Shown: piece after piece, positions 1-8,780 of the stretch | Position numbering within the stretch: the stretch's first letter is position 1 | How the letters are laid out: every line of letters starts with the position of its first letter | Assembly: GCA_964291265.2 (NCBI GenBank) | Contig: OZ219747.1 | Coordinates: 1,056,001 to 1,120,000 of the forward strand | Direction of reading: 5' to 3' | Source of the DNA: Alphaproteobacteria bacterium | GTDB taxonomy: Bacteria > Pseudomonadota > Alphaproteobacteria > SP197 | DNA length: 64,000 nt | Made by a program: the position numbers and the translations under genes | Notes under the pieces: model-generated | What the model was told of the DNA's origin: nothing | The model's input: only the letters and a program-made list of their open reading frames with translations | Databases searched by the model: none

Positions 1-789
1 TATGAGCGCCTGTACGCCGTGATCAACGAGATCACGGGCGAGGAACGCCGCGGGGCCGCAACGGACATGACGGTGAGGGAGGCGGCGCGGGCCTTCGTTC
101 GCTGGACCGCCTCACCGGCGCGCATGAACCGCGATGGGGCCGGAGTCGAGGAGAGTCTGGTCGTGGATATCGGCTCCGCGTTCCTGTTGGCGGAGTTCGG
201 GGTCGTCGATTATCCGGAGGGCAGTGGGTCCTGGCGCACCGAGGAGTGGTGGGGGGCGATGGCGCAAGCGGCGGGTCGAATTCGGGAGGACGATGAGGTC
301 GTCTTCCGGGCCGGCCAGCATGCGAGCGACGCTGTCGAATGGGTGTGGCACAAATCGCACGGGTACGGGACCTTTTCGGTCCTGGCCTCACGGGGCGCGT
401 TTGATCCCGAGTACTGGGAGTGGATGGAAGGGGCGGCGGGAGGGCGGTGGTCGCGGCCCGCGCCCTCCCTCCCCGCCGCTGCTCGGCGGATCACGGCGGA
501 CGCGCTGGATTTCCTGGCTCGGCCGGTGGCTGTTGATGACAACGGTGCGTGGCGGGGCCTGGCCAACCATCTCGTTCGGGAAGTCGCGGGTCTCGATCTG
601 GATGTCCCCGGGGTGCGCGAGGCCGTCGGGGCCGAGGGGGCGCTGTGGGCCGAGGATGGCGTGGTCTTCAGCGCCGAGACGTTCGTCGCGGATTTCGTCG
701 AGGGCACGCGTCGGCGGCTGGCGATGGGCGATCTGACGACGCAGCACACGCGGGCGATGAGCCTCGGCGAGTCGGCGCAACGCATCTGA
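1..789 (+). CDS. ArdC-like antirestriction protein, C-terminal zincin-like domain (5' end probably outside the window; HExxH apparently lost)
   Basis: The frame is open from position 1. 'VRWTASPARMNRD...EESLVVDIGSAFLLAEFGV...IREDDEVVFRAGQHASDAVEWV' follows the ArdC C-terminal pattern (HWTGH.SRL.R / EELVAELGAAFLCA.LG / L..D.RAIFRAAS.A..A..Y), recalled from memory. Confidence 0.6.
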   Translation, partial: YERLYAVINEITGEERRGAATDMTVREAARAFVRWTASPARMNRDGAGVEESLVVDIGSAFLLAEFGVVDYPEGSGSWRTEEWWGAMAQAAGRIREDDEVVFRAGQHASDAVEWVWHKSHGYGTFSVLASRGAFDPEYWEWMEGAAGGRWSRPAPSLPAAARRITADALDFLARPVAVDDNGAWRGLANHLVREVAGLDLDVPGVREAVGAEGALWAEDGVVFSAETFVADFVEGTRRRLAMGDLTTQHTRAMSLGESAQRI

Positions 790-791
790 CG

Positions 792-1427
792 ATGGCGAAA
801 CGCAAGGCGCGGGCGAAGCGCCGCGCCGCGGAACAGCGGGCGGCCCGCGAGCGCCGCCGCGATCTCGATCGCGATGCCGCGGCGCGGCGCGCCGTCACCG
901 CCGCCGCCACGGCGGCGAGGCGGGGAGCGGACGCGAGGCGGATGGGGCAACACGACGGTGCGGTCCTGCCGCTTGTCCGGGAGCTGCGGGAGGCCCGGGC
1001 CACCTGGCAGGAGATCGCCGACTGGCTCGACGACGCAGCCGTCAGCCCGCCCGGCGGGCGGGGCGGCGGCTGGTCGGCGACGGCGGTGTGGCGGATGGCG
1101 CGGCGCCACGGCCTTGCCGGACGGCGGCCGTCCGGGAGGGATGAGGACACGGAACCGCCGGTCGAACTCGAAGGCGGCCGGGTGAAGATGCCGGACGGCA
1201 GGGTCGTGCGGCCGATCGGGCCGCGGCAGGGCGTCGTGCAGCACGACGAGCTGGTGCTGTCCACGCTGCGGACGATGCGCCGCCGCGGAGCGAGCTGGCG
1301 GGAGATTGCGGAACACCTCGAGGCCGAGGGCGTGCTGTCTCCGGGGCGGCGCGATGCGCACATCCGCGCCCGGGGCTGGACCGCCGGCGCGGCCTGGCGC
1401 ATCGGCAGGCGTCACGGCATCGCGTGA
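792..1427 (+). CDS. Protein with two tandem recombinase-type (large serine recombinase DNA-binding-like) HTH repeats and no catalytic domain
   Basis: Internal repeats 'ATWQEIADWLDDAAVSPPGGRGGGWSATAVWRMARRHGL' and 'ASWREIAEHLEAEGVLSPGR...GWTAGAAWRIGRRHGI'. The ATG at 792 lies 2 nt after the upstream stop. Confidence 0.55.
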   Translation: MAKRKARAKRRAAEQRAARERRRDLDRDAAARRAVTAAATAARRGADARRMGQHDGAVLPLVRELREARATWQEIADWLDDAAVSPPGGRGGGWSATAVWRMARRHGLAGRRPSGRDEDTEPPVELEGGRVKMPDGRVVRPIGPRQGVVQHDELVLSTLRTMRRRGASWREIAEHLEAEGVLSPGRRDAHIRARGWTAGAAWRIGRRHGIA

Positions 1428-1434
1428 TGCCGCC

Positions 1435-1545
1435 CATATCGCCAACGCCTGTAGGCGTGCTCGAATTGGTGACACGTGCATCCGGCAGGGTATGTTCCTC
1501 CGGCCATCCGTATGCCTATCGAGCTCCTGGGAGGCCACCATGACG
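1435..1545 (+). pseudogene. C-terminal remnant of a PIN/VapC-type toxin
   Basis: Reads HIANACRRARIGDTCIRQ, then after a frameshift GYVPPAIRMPIELLGG. This matches the C-terminal 'HIANA...GY.PP.I.TP.EL.G' of a VapC subfamily. The N-terminus is absent. Confidence 0.55.
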
Positions 1546-1752
1546 AAACGTCCGCCTGACCCGATCATCGCCGAATTGTGGGCCGTGCGAGATGCCTACA
1601 CGGCACGCTTCGATCACGACGTGTCAGCGATGTTCCGCGACCTTCGGGCGCGGCAGGAGGCGTCCGGCCGAGAGCACATCAGCTTGCCGCCCCGCCCGCC
1701 GCGTCAGACCGCCGGCGACGGGAACGAGCGGGTGTTGCCTCGCGAGGACTGA
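1540..1752 (+). CDS. Small conserved protein usually found downstream of PIN toxins (putative antitoxin/partner)
   Basis: GGAGG RBS before ATG 1540. 'DPIIAELWAVRDAYTARFDHDVSAMFRDLRARQEASGREHISLPPR' resembles the recurrent DPIVEEVR..R..HA.RF..D family. Confidence 0.55.
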   Translation: MTKRPPDPIIAELWAVRDAYTARFDHDVSAMFRDLRARQEASGREHISLPPRPPRQTAGDGNERVLPRED

Positions 1753-1774
1753 ACGCTCGTCGCGGTGCGGGTCG

Positions 1775-2341
1775 CTATGTCGGCCGCAGCGCACCGGGTG
1801 CGCCGCCGTCTCCGGTGTTGTCGCGATGACCAGCTTCCAGGGTCAGATCCATCCGCGGGAGCAGGCGCCGCATGCCGGCGATGCGGGCCGCCGACGCGAT
1901 GGCAATGATTGCGACGGGCAGCACCATCACAGGAGAGCGCAACAGCATGTGCACCAGCCGCACGGCGATTGACTGGCGAAGGATGGATCTCAGGTCCTGT
2001 CTGATGTCGGCATCGGCCACATCTTCGATCGCCTGGATCAATTCGGAGTGCTCATCGCTCGGTGCGTCCAGGGCCATCACGCCCGCCAGCATCTCGCTGA
2101 ATCGGTCCTGGTGCGCGAATCGCAGGCATGTGTCGAAGTAGAGGCGGAGGCGGACATAGGCAGGATCAGTGAACTCCACTCTGCCGTCGGCTCCAAGGAG
2201 AAACAGACGGTCGCGCATGTCGAACAGCTGCTGGCGCAGGGCGGATATGCAAAGGCTCTGCCAGGGTCGGGCGAAGAACCAAAGCAACACGGCGGCACAC
2301 AGGAGCACTTCGACCGCCTGTGCAACAGTCTGCGCCGTCAT
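1775..2341 (-). CDS. Hypothetical membrane protein (N- and C-terminal hydrophobic helices)
   Basis: 188-aa ORF with a GGAAGG RBS; its ATG overlaps the upstream stop (ATGA). Central motif 'LRQQLFDMRDRLF...FTDPAYVRLR...RFAH'. Confidence 0.6.
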   Translation of the reverse strand: MTAQTVAQAVEVLLCAAVLLWFFARPWQSLCISALRQQLFDMRDRLFLLGADGRVEFTDPAYVRLRLYFDTCLRFAHQDRFSEMLAGVMALDAPSDEHSELIQAIEDVADADIRQDLRSILRQSIAVRLVHMLLRSPVMVLPVAIIAIASAARIAGMRRLLPRMDLTLEAGHRDNTGDGGAPGALRPT

Positions 2342-2739
2342 CCTTCCCTCCCTTCATCCGATGGGTTCGTGTCACCGGTCGACATCAGGCCGCTGCTCGT
2401 GACGCCGGGATCGAGTCGACGTTCCAGCATCTTCTTCTGCTCCGACATGTTCCTGACGGTCCTCTTGCGAACTTCCCGTTCACCGACGCCCCATATCAGG
2501 GCGCACACTGCCACAAACCACGGTGCGATTCGGTCCAGTGACGCGATGACACTGACAATTCCGGTCACCTCCGTCGACTTGCCTGCAAGTGAATCGATGG
2601 AAAGGTAAATGAAAAACGCGATGGCGGCCAGTGCGCCCCACTTGGCGATCAAGCGGACCGTGGAGAACAGCTCCCGCAAGAACACGAACCTGGTGAACGC
2701 CCGATCGCGTATCCCGTTGTTCTGGCGATCACCGTCCAA
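2338..2739 (-). CDS. Hypothetical 2-TM protein
   Basis: Two hydrophobic segments and a C-terminal 'ERRLDPGVTSSGLMSTGDTNPSD'. Translationally coupled to 1775..2341; GC looks lower than the flanks. Confidence 0.6.
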   Translation of the reverse strand: MDGDRQNNGIRDRAFTRFVFLRELFSTVRLIAKWGALAAIAFFIYLSIDSLAGKSTEVTGIVSVIASLDRIAPWFVAVCALIWGVGEREVRKRTVRNMSEQKKMLERRLDPGVTSSGLMSTGDTNPSDEGREG

Positions 2740-2978
2740 TGGAGGTGTGTCCCGAACTCGTTCGCAGGGAAGATGATGGCTGCGGTTTCACCTTGTTCGT
2801 GCTCCCGGCATATGCGCGAACCGAAACTGCGGTCCGCTCTGACCGCATCATGGTGCCGTCACCGCAGGGGCGCAACCCGTTCCTCATCCCCGGCAAGGGC
2901 GCCCGGGCCGTCCGCCGGGGAAGTACGAGTAGAGCGTTGCACGTGAACCTCCGACGCGGCGCGCTACCGTGGTGGGGG

Positions 2979-5900
2979 TCAGGGCGCGTTGATCCGCTCG
3001 CGGATCCGCTCCAGGCAGGGTTCGAGATCGCGGCTCAACTCCCGCGGGCTGAAGCGCAACACGGTCCAGCCCGCGCCCTCGACGTCACGGTCACGCTCTG
3101 CAAGTTCGTCCTTGCCGGGGCCGAAGGCCGCGCCGTCGTATTCGATGTCGAGCCGAACGCCGCCGTGTTCGACCGCGAGGCCGAGCCGGTGCGGGCCGAC
3201 CTCGACATCCTTCCTCACCGCGATCCCCTCATCGCGCAGGCGGTCGTGAAGCGCAAGCTCCAGGGGGCCGTGGAATCCCGATTTCTCGAGACGACGGGCG
3301 TAGCGCGCCAGCTCGCTGAGTGCGTTGTCGTGGGCGCGGCATGCCTTGATGTCTCCGACGATGACGAGGCGCTTTCTGGCGCGTGTGAGAGCGACATTGA
3401 CGAGGTTGCGATTGGCGGCGAAGCGCACCTCGGGTTCGCGGAGGTGACGGTCGATGACGGGCGAGAAATACATGACGTCCCTCTCGTCACCCTGGAACCG
3501 ATGGGCCGTGGCGGCCACCAGCTTCTTGGACCCGGTGAAGACGGGATCGGGTCCGAAGCGCTCTCTGAGGAGTTCTCTGATGAGTTCGGCCTGGGCCGCG
3601 AACGGCGTGACGACACCGACACTGCAGTCGTTGTCTCGGTAGGTCTGAAGGTCGCGCTTGATGGCCTCGATGACCTCCTCCGCTTCCTCCCGGTTCAAGC
3701 GGCTTCGCCCGTTGACTCCTCCCCTCTCGCTCCTGCCGTCGGTGTGAATCCATTCGAAGGGCTGCAGGGTCTTCGGCGGCGTGGCGGGGCTGCACAGTTC
3801 GAGATTGCCGGCGTAGAACTGCCTGCTTGAAAAGCCGATGATCGCGGCGTGCGAGCGGAAGTGCAGATCGAGGAGGATCGGGCCAGCCGGAACGCGGGAC
3901 CGGGCCAGTGCGAAGCAACTGGTGTGGATGTGGCTGAATTCATCGGCCTGGTCATCCGTCAGGCCGGACTTCTGCGCCAGGAGTCGCTCGCGGACGTCGC
4001 CGAGCGAGGCGATGTGGAGCAGCTGGTTGTCGTCCCCGACGATGAGGGCGCGCTTGCCGCGAACCAGAACCGGCAGCGCCGAGGCCACATCGCACTGGGA
4101 CGCTTCGTCGATGATGACAAGGTCGAAGAGCCCGCGTTCGAGGGGCAGGTTCGTCCGCACGGAGAGGTTGGTGACCGCCCACACGGGCAGGGCCGGCAGG
4201 GCCCCGGGCACGGCCCGCAGCGCGTTCCGGCGGGCGTCCTGGTGCGCCTTCGATTCGCGTGCATGGGACACCATGGTCTTGAGGGAGGCGACGAGCGCGA
4301 GCGCTTTCTGGCGCGCGGCGGGATTTCCGCGGCGGACTGCGTTCCATCGCGCCTCCAGAATCCCCAGGCCGGCCTCCTGGCGCGCGCGGTTGTGTTCGTG
4401 CAACCGGTCGTCGAACTGGTGCTTGTGCGGCAGGGTGCGAAGGCGGGCGTCGATCTCGTGGATGCGGAGGCGGTGGCGGGCGGCTGCCTCGAGGGCGTCG
4501 ACACGCTGCTCGAACGTGCGGAAGATGTTCCGGGGCGTCCGGGTGCGTCGCGGCTTGCCCTCGACAGGCGCCAGGCATGCCTTGATGTCATCGGCGGCGC
4601 CGAGAAGGTCGGCGAGGCGGGCCAGCGCCTGGTGGGCGCGCGCCAGGCGTCCTTGATGACGACGGCGCCTGGCGAACCACCCGAGGCGCGCGGAGAAGGC
4701 GTCGAGAGCCCGGCAGGCCTCTGCCCGGGCGGCGGCGAGCCGTGGCAGGTCCACGTCCGTGCGGGCGCCCGGCGGCAGGGCGGCAAGAATCGCCTCGCGT
4801 GCGGCCTCGCGGTCGGCGCGGTCGGCCTTGAGCTTGGTCCATTCATGCAGTTCCGCGCGGAGCGGACGAAGGGATTCCTCGACCCTGGCCCATGTCTCCT
4901 CGCCGTCGGCGGCGGCAACCTTCGGAGAGACCTGTTCGAGTGTGCGCTCGATGTCGGCGGCGACTTTGGCGCGCTCCGAGGCGAGGCGGGCGCGGACGGC
5001 GACGCACTGGGGCGAGGCGAGGCGCAGCCGGTCGACCACGACATCGACGGCGCGGTGGTTTTTGGACGCGATCAGCACGGTGTTGCGGCGCGCCACGGCA
5101 GCGGCCACGACATTCACCAGGACCTGGGACTTGCCGGTTCCCGGCGGGCCCGTCACCACCGTGAAGGCGTTCTCCATCGCCGAGTGGATCACCTTGTCCT
5201 GGTTGAGGGACGAGTCGGCGATGGTGGGATGGTGCGTCAGCGGCGGCAGAACGTCAGGAGACGCCTGGCCGAGAAGGACCGCGGCCGGACCTTCGGCGAG
5301 CATGTTGGGGTCCCCGGCGATCTTCTTGAGGTCTGCGATCAGGTTGTGCGTGGTGTGCCGGCCCGCGGACACCTTCATGACGACGCCGCTGTTGTGGATA
5401 TCCCCGGCTTGGTCTTCCTCGGTTTTGGGCAGGGGCAACAGCGCCGAGGTGTCGAGTTGCCTCAGGTCATCGATGCCCTCGTCCTCGAGGACGGCGAGAA
5501 GGGCGTCCGCTTGCACTTCCGGGGTGGCGGCCTCATCGACCTCGGCGCTGGCACGGACCGCCGCCATCACCTGACGGAGGGAATCCTCTCCAAGACCGAT
5601 GAGGGCGAGGGCGAACGGATTGAGTTCGACGCGCGTGTTCGATATCCCAAGCGTCCAGGCTCCGTCCGCTGCCTCGGCCTGGATCTCGGCGATCAGGAGG
5701 GGCGAGAACGAGAGACCTTTCTGGTCGACCTCGTGGTCGATGCCGACGGCGATGGGCCAGCCGACCGCCAGGGTGACTCCAGACTCCACCGCGCGCTGGA
5801 TCCACTGGTGTTCTTCCGACGTCTCGCGAATGACGGGGGTTTCGTGGAACGGGCTCGGCCTGTCGCGGAGGTCGATGTGTTTCTTGTCGTTGCGCTGGAG

Positions 5901-6065
5901 GCGGGACTCGAGGGCGGCTTCCGCCGTGACGCAGGCATGATAGAACGAGGCGATGGACGAGGGCGAAGCGGCGCCTGCGCCAGGGGCCCGGTCAACCCCG
6001 GTCTCGCGTCTTCCGCCGCCGGGCGCGTCGGGCCCGGACGAAGGGCGGGACGGATGTCTCGCCAC
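2979..6065 (-). CDS. Superfamily 1 (UPF1/DNA2-like) helicase with C-terminal DUF559/Vsr-like nuclease domain
   Basis: Walker A GPPGTGKSQ, DEASQ, VGDDNQL, HFRSH, FQGDERD and NVALTRAR. C-terminus 'LELALHDRL...EYDG...ERDRDVEGAGWTVLRF'. Start codon uncertain. Confidence 0.88.
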   Translation of the reverse strand: MARHPSRPSSGPDAPGGGRRETGVDRAPGAGAASPSSIASFYHACVTAEAALESRLQRNDKKHIDLRDRPSPFHETPVIRETSEEHQWIQRAVESGVTLAVGWPIAVGIDHEVDQKGLSFSPLLIAEIQAEAADGAWTLGISNTRVELNPFALALIGLGEDSLRQVMAAVRASAEVDEAATPEVQADALLAVLEDEGIDDLRQLDTSALLPLPKTEEDQAGDIHNSGVVMKVSAGRHTTHNLIADLKKIAGDPNMLAEGPAAVLLGQASPDVLPPLTHHPTIADSSLNQDKVIHSAMENAFTVVTGPPGTGKSQVLVNVVAAAVARRNTVLIASKNHRAVDVVVDRLRLASPQCVAVRARLASERAKVAADIERTLEQVSPKVAAADGEETWARVEESLRPLRAELHEWTKLKADRADREAAREAILAALPPGARTDVDLPRLAAARAEACRALDAFSARLGWFARRRRHQGRLARAHQALARLADLLGAADDIKACLAPVEGKPRRTRTPRNIFRTFEQRVDALEAAARHRLRIHEIDARLRTLPHKHQFDDRLHEHNRARQEAGLGILEARWNAVRRGNPAARQKALALVASLKTMVSHARESKAHQDARRNALRAVPGALPALPVWAVTNLSVRTNLPLERGLFDLVIIDEASQCDVASALPVLVRGKRALIVGDDNQLLHIASLGDVRERLLAQKSGLTDDQADEFSHIHTSCFALARSRVPAGPILLDLHFRSHAAIIGFSSRQFYAGNLELCSPATPPKTLQPFEWIHTDGRSERGGVNGRSRLNREEAEEVIEAIKRDLQTYRDNDCSVGVVTPFAAQAELIRELLRERFGPDPVFTGSKKLVAATAHRFQGDERDVMYFSPVIDRHLREPEVRFAANRNLVNVALTRARKRLVIVGDIKACRAHDNALSELARYARRLEKSGFHGPLELALHDRLRDEGIAVRKDVEVGPHRLGLAVEHGGVRLDIEYDGAAFGPGKDELAERDRDVEGAGWTVLRFSPRELSRDLEPCLERIRERINAP

Positions 6066-6074
6066 CCGAATGGC

Positions 6075-6347
6075 TCAGGCGGGTGGCGGCGCCAGGGCGC
6101 GCACGACCGCTTCCGGGTCGCTGTCGATCACCGTCAGCAGCACCCGCGTCGCCCGGCCGGGAACCCGGCGGCCCTGTTCCCAGTCCTGAACCGCCCGCGC
6201 ATCGAGCCCGAAGCGTTCGGCGAACCGGCGGCGGCTCAGGTTCATGCGCCGGCGCAGGGCGAGGATCCGGCCGGCCGCGGGATCGTCCACGATCCGACGC
6301 GCCAACGCCGCCTCGTTCCGCCGTCCGATTGTCAGGGTGTCAGCCAT
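6075..6347 (-). CDS. XRE-family HTH protein (HigA/YiaG-like antitoxin type), orphan
   Basis: 'ILALRRRMNLSRRRFAERFGLDARAVQDWEQGRRVPGRATRVLLTVIDSDPEAV'; GGGAGA RBS before ATG 6347. Confidence 0.8.
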   Translation of the reverse strand: MADTLTIGRRNEAALARRIVDDPAAGRILALRRRMNLSRRRFAERFGLDARAVQDWEQGRRVPGRATRVLLTVIDSDPEAVVRALAPPPA

Positions 6348-6665
6348 CGCGTGTCTCCCAGGGCAGGAACCCGAACACGGGCGAGCCTCGTCCGTGTTCA
6401 AGGAAGCGTGAGTATGCGGCTTTGCCGCATGACGCGCAACACCGGTGCGACGGCGGGCGAAGCCTGAGCCTTCGTGGACGGGAGGGGTCCTGCAGGTGAG
6501 CGTCGGTCGGCTGCCCTTCGCGGCCGGCGCCGACGGCCACGAAGGCAGGAGGCCGGGGCGGATGCCGCAAGGCTCGGGACACGCATCGCGGCGTGCCGTC
6601 TCCGGTCCGAAGGTCAAGGATGATCGGCCTGCCGATCACAAGGGGCATCCCCGGAGCGAAGACTC

Positions 6666-7400
6666 TCAGTGAAGGCGCCGTGTGGGGCGTCCGGTGCGGA
6701 AGTCGGGCAGCGTCGGCGCCGCCCGTTCGATGATGTCGATGAGGCGGGTCGGTTCGCCGGTCCTGGCGGCGTGGAGATCGCGCAGGGTGGCAATGGCGCC
6801 TCTCTCGAACGAGAGGATGGCCTGGTAGACCTCCGGGCGGACGTTCCCGGGGTCCTTGAGGAAGACCCGGGCGCAGCGCAGGTCCCAGAGCACCTCGATG
6901 ATCGACGTCTCGAAGCGGATGCACCAGTCCTCCACGCGGACGAGATCGTGGAGATCGTCGGTCCTGAGGTTGAGGAAGGCGTCAAGGATGCGCAGGTTGC
7001 GGTCATAGTCGGCGACGTAGCGCATGAATGTCTCGTGGAACTCCGGCGGCGTCCGGGTGGGCTGCGGGCGTCCGTCGAAGACGTCGTCGGCGGGGAGATC
7101 GGCGGCGCTGGCGAAGGGGTCGTCCTGGAGCGTGTCGTCGGTGTCGTCGGGTGTCATGGTCTCCCTCCAGGCCCGCAGCATCTCGACGAACCGGTCGGGC
7201 GCCTCGTCGGGTGCGAGTGTGCCGTCGGCGAGCAGCTCGTAGAGCAGGGACGCAGGCCCCGGAACCGTCCGCTCGCCGGCCTCCCAGCGGCGCACGGTTC
7301 GCTCGCCGTTCCCGGGGAGTCGGAACAGCGCCGCGAGCTGCGCGGCGGTGAGGCCTGCCGCCAGGCGGATGGTGCGGGCCTTGCTGGCGGCGGTCGTCAT
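6666..7400 (-). CDS. HTH (XRE-like) protein fused in frame to an unknown acidic/helical domain
   Basis: N-terminal 'RTIRLAAGLTAAQLAALF...ERTVRRWEAGERTVPGPA'. There is an internal in-frame GGAGGGAG-ATG at 7157. Confidence 0.6.
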   Translation of the reverse strand: MTTAASKARTIRLAAGLTAAQLAALFRLPGNGERTVRRWEAGERTVPGPASLLYELLADGTLAPDEAPDRFVEMLRAWRETMTPDDTDDTLQDDPFASAADLPADDVFDGRPQPTRTPPEFHETFMRYVADYDRNLRILDAFLNLRTDDLHDLVRVEDWCIRFETSIIEVLWDLRCARVFLKDPGNVRPEVYQAILSFERGAIATLRDLHAARTGEPTRLIDIIERAAPTLPDFRTGRPTRRLH

Positions 7401-7700
7401 GAGCCGGTCCTCTCCCCGGTGAAACGCCGGCCAGACGCCAGGCGGGCGTGTGATCCCGGATGCAGCGCCTCCGGGTGCCCGACCCTATCATCGAATGGGA
7501 CGCAGAGGCCATGCGGCCTGGCGCCAGGGCAGGACGCTCTTGCCGGGCGCGGCGCGGCGTTCCTCTTCAAGCGGTGGAGAGGGGTGCGCGAGGGCCTCGT
7601 CGACAGTAGAATGCGCCGCCATGTCCGAGGGCCTGACCACTGACCGGAAGAACCCGCTGCCGGCGCGGTCGTGTGCGCGGCGGCGCGGGGAGACGAGGCG

Positions 7701-7931
7701 ATGCGCCGCAGGACCGTGCCGGTGAGCGCGCTGGCGAGGTTCGCCGCCGATCCGCACGCGTTCTCGCGCCGCCGGACCCCGGCCATGGAGAAGGCGGCGG
7801 AGCACGGCATCCGCTGGCACGAGCAGCTGGGCCGCGGCCGGCCCGGGCCGGCGCCCGGATGGCGGGTGGCGGTTGCCGTCGCGCTCGTCCTCGTCGGCGC
7901 CGCGGCGGCGGCGCTGCTGCTGGCGCTCTGA
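7701..7931 (+). CDS. Small protein resembling the N-terminal part of a Cas4/RecB-like nuclease plus a C-terminal TM helix
   Basis: 'VPVSALARFAADP...TPAMEKAAEHGIRWHEQLG' followed by a hydrophobic tail; GGGGAG RBS. Confidence 0.5.
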   Translation: MRRRTVPVSALARFAADPHAFSRRRTPAMEKAAEHGIRWHEQLGRGRPGPAPGWRVAVAVALVLVGAAAAALLLAL

Positions 7932-7932
7932 C

Positions 7933-8409
7933 ATGATGGTGGGCCTGGAGGTCTGGCGCCCCGCCGTCGGTCTGGCGCTGATGGCGCTGCTCGCCGGCCT
8001 CGTCGCCTGGGTCGTCGCCCGCCGCAGGAGTTCGCGGGACATCGTCCGGCGCTGGGGACTGGATCCCGCCTCCTGCCGGGTGCTCACCAGCGATCTCGCA
8101 CGACACAGGTCCGCACCGTCCCTGGTGGCGGACGGCCTCGCCGGCTCGCCGGATGTCCTGATGCGCGAGAAGGCGGGCGGGGCCATCATCGTCGGCGAGG
8201 CCAAGAGCCGCCACTACCGTGGCCGGGTGGCGCCTCATGAGCGCTACCAGGTGACGCTCTACCTCGGCATGGCGAAGCGACTCTACCGGCGTCCCGTGCG
8301 CGCCATCCTGCTCTACGGCAATCACCGCCGGGTCGAGATCGCGTTCGACGAGGACCTCTACCAGCACCTCCTGCGGCAACTCCCGGCCTGCCGCCGCGCC
8401 ATGAGGTGA
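7933..8409 (+). CDS. Membrane-anchored PD-(D/E)xK nuclease, Cas4/RecB-like
   Basis: N-terminal TM helix, then GLAGSPDVL (motif II), IVGEAKS (motif III), QVTLY (QxxxY) and AILLYG. Confidence 0.72.
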   Translation: MMVGLEVWRPAVGLALMALLAGLVAWVVARRRSSRDIVRRWGLDPASCRVLTSDLARHRSAPSLVADGLAGSPDVLMREKAGGAIIVGEAKSRHYRGRVAPHERYQVTLYLGMAKRLYRRPVRAILLYGNHRRVEIAFDEDLYQHLLRQLPACRRAMR

Positions 8410-8780
8410 TCTGCTCACCGCCGCTCGACAGATATCGGGAAGAATCCTGGAGGCTCGTCAGTCCGGCCAGGTCGACTTGATCAGTGAGTCGCGGCGCATG
8501 TCCGCGAAACGTCTCTCGAGCGGGTCTCCATGACGCTTTGCGTGCACCGAATGGGCGGGTGGCGCGACCTGGCGGTGTTTCAGGCTGCCACACGCAAGGG
8601 ACTGTGGGCCATTCGACCGACAGCAGCGCCGCGAAACAAGGGTCGGCGGTTCGGTTCAACTCACGCGGCGCGGGGCTGAGAGCTGCGTCACTTCCGCGCC
8701 AGGGAGCACTCCCACGTGACCTCTTCCATGTCCACACCGTGCCATTCGATGGTATGGTCCAGCACCTGGAGGATTTGAGC

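Noticed and set aside
3849-6467. 872-aa plus-strand ORF and similar long ORFs (13672..15879, 21601..23244, 28466..30145, 36203..37804, 50604..52109)
   Set aside because: These are antisense shadows of motif-bearing genes in high-GC DNA and carry no recognisable motifs.
7701-8780. Possible CRISPR-Cas locus suggested by the Cas4-like gene
   Set aside because: No repeat-spacer array or other cas genes were seen anywhere in the window.
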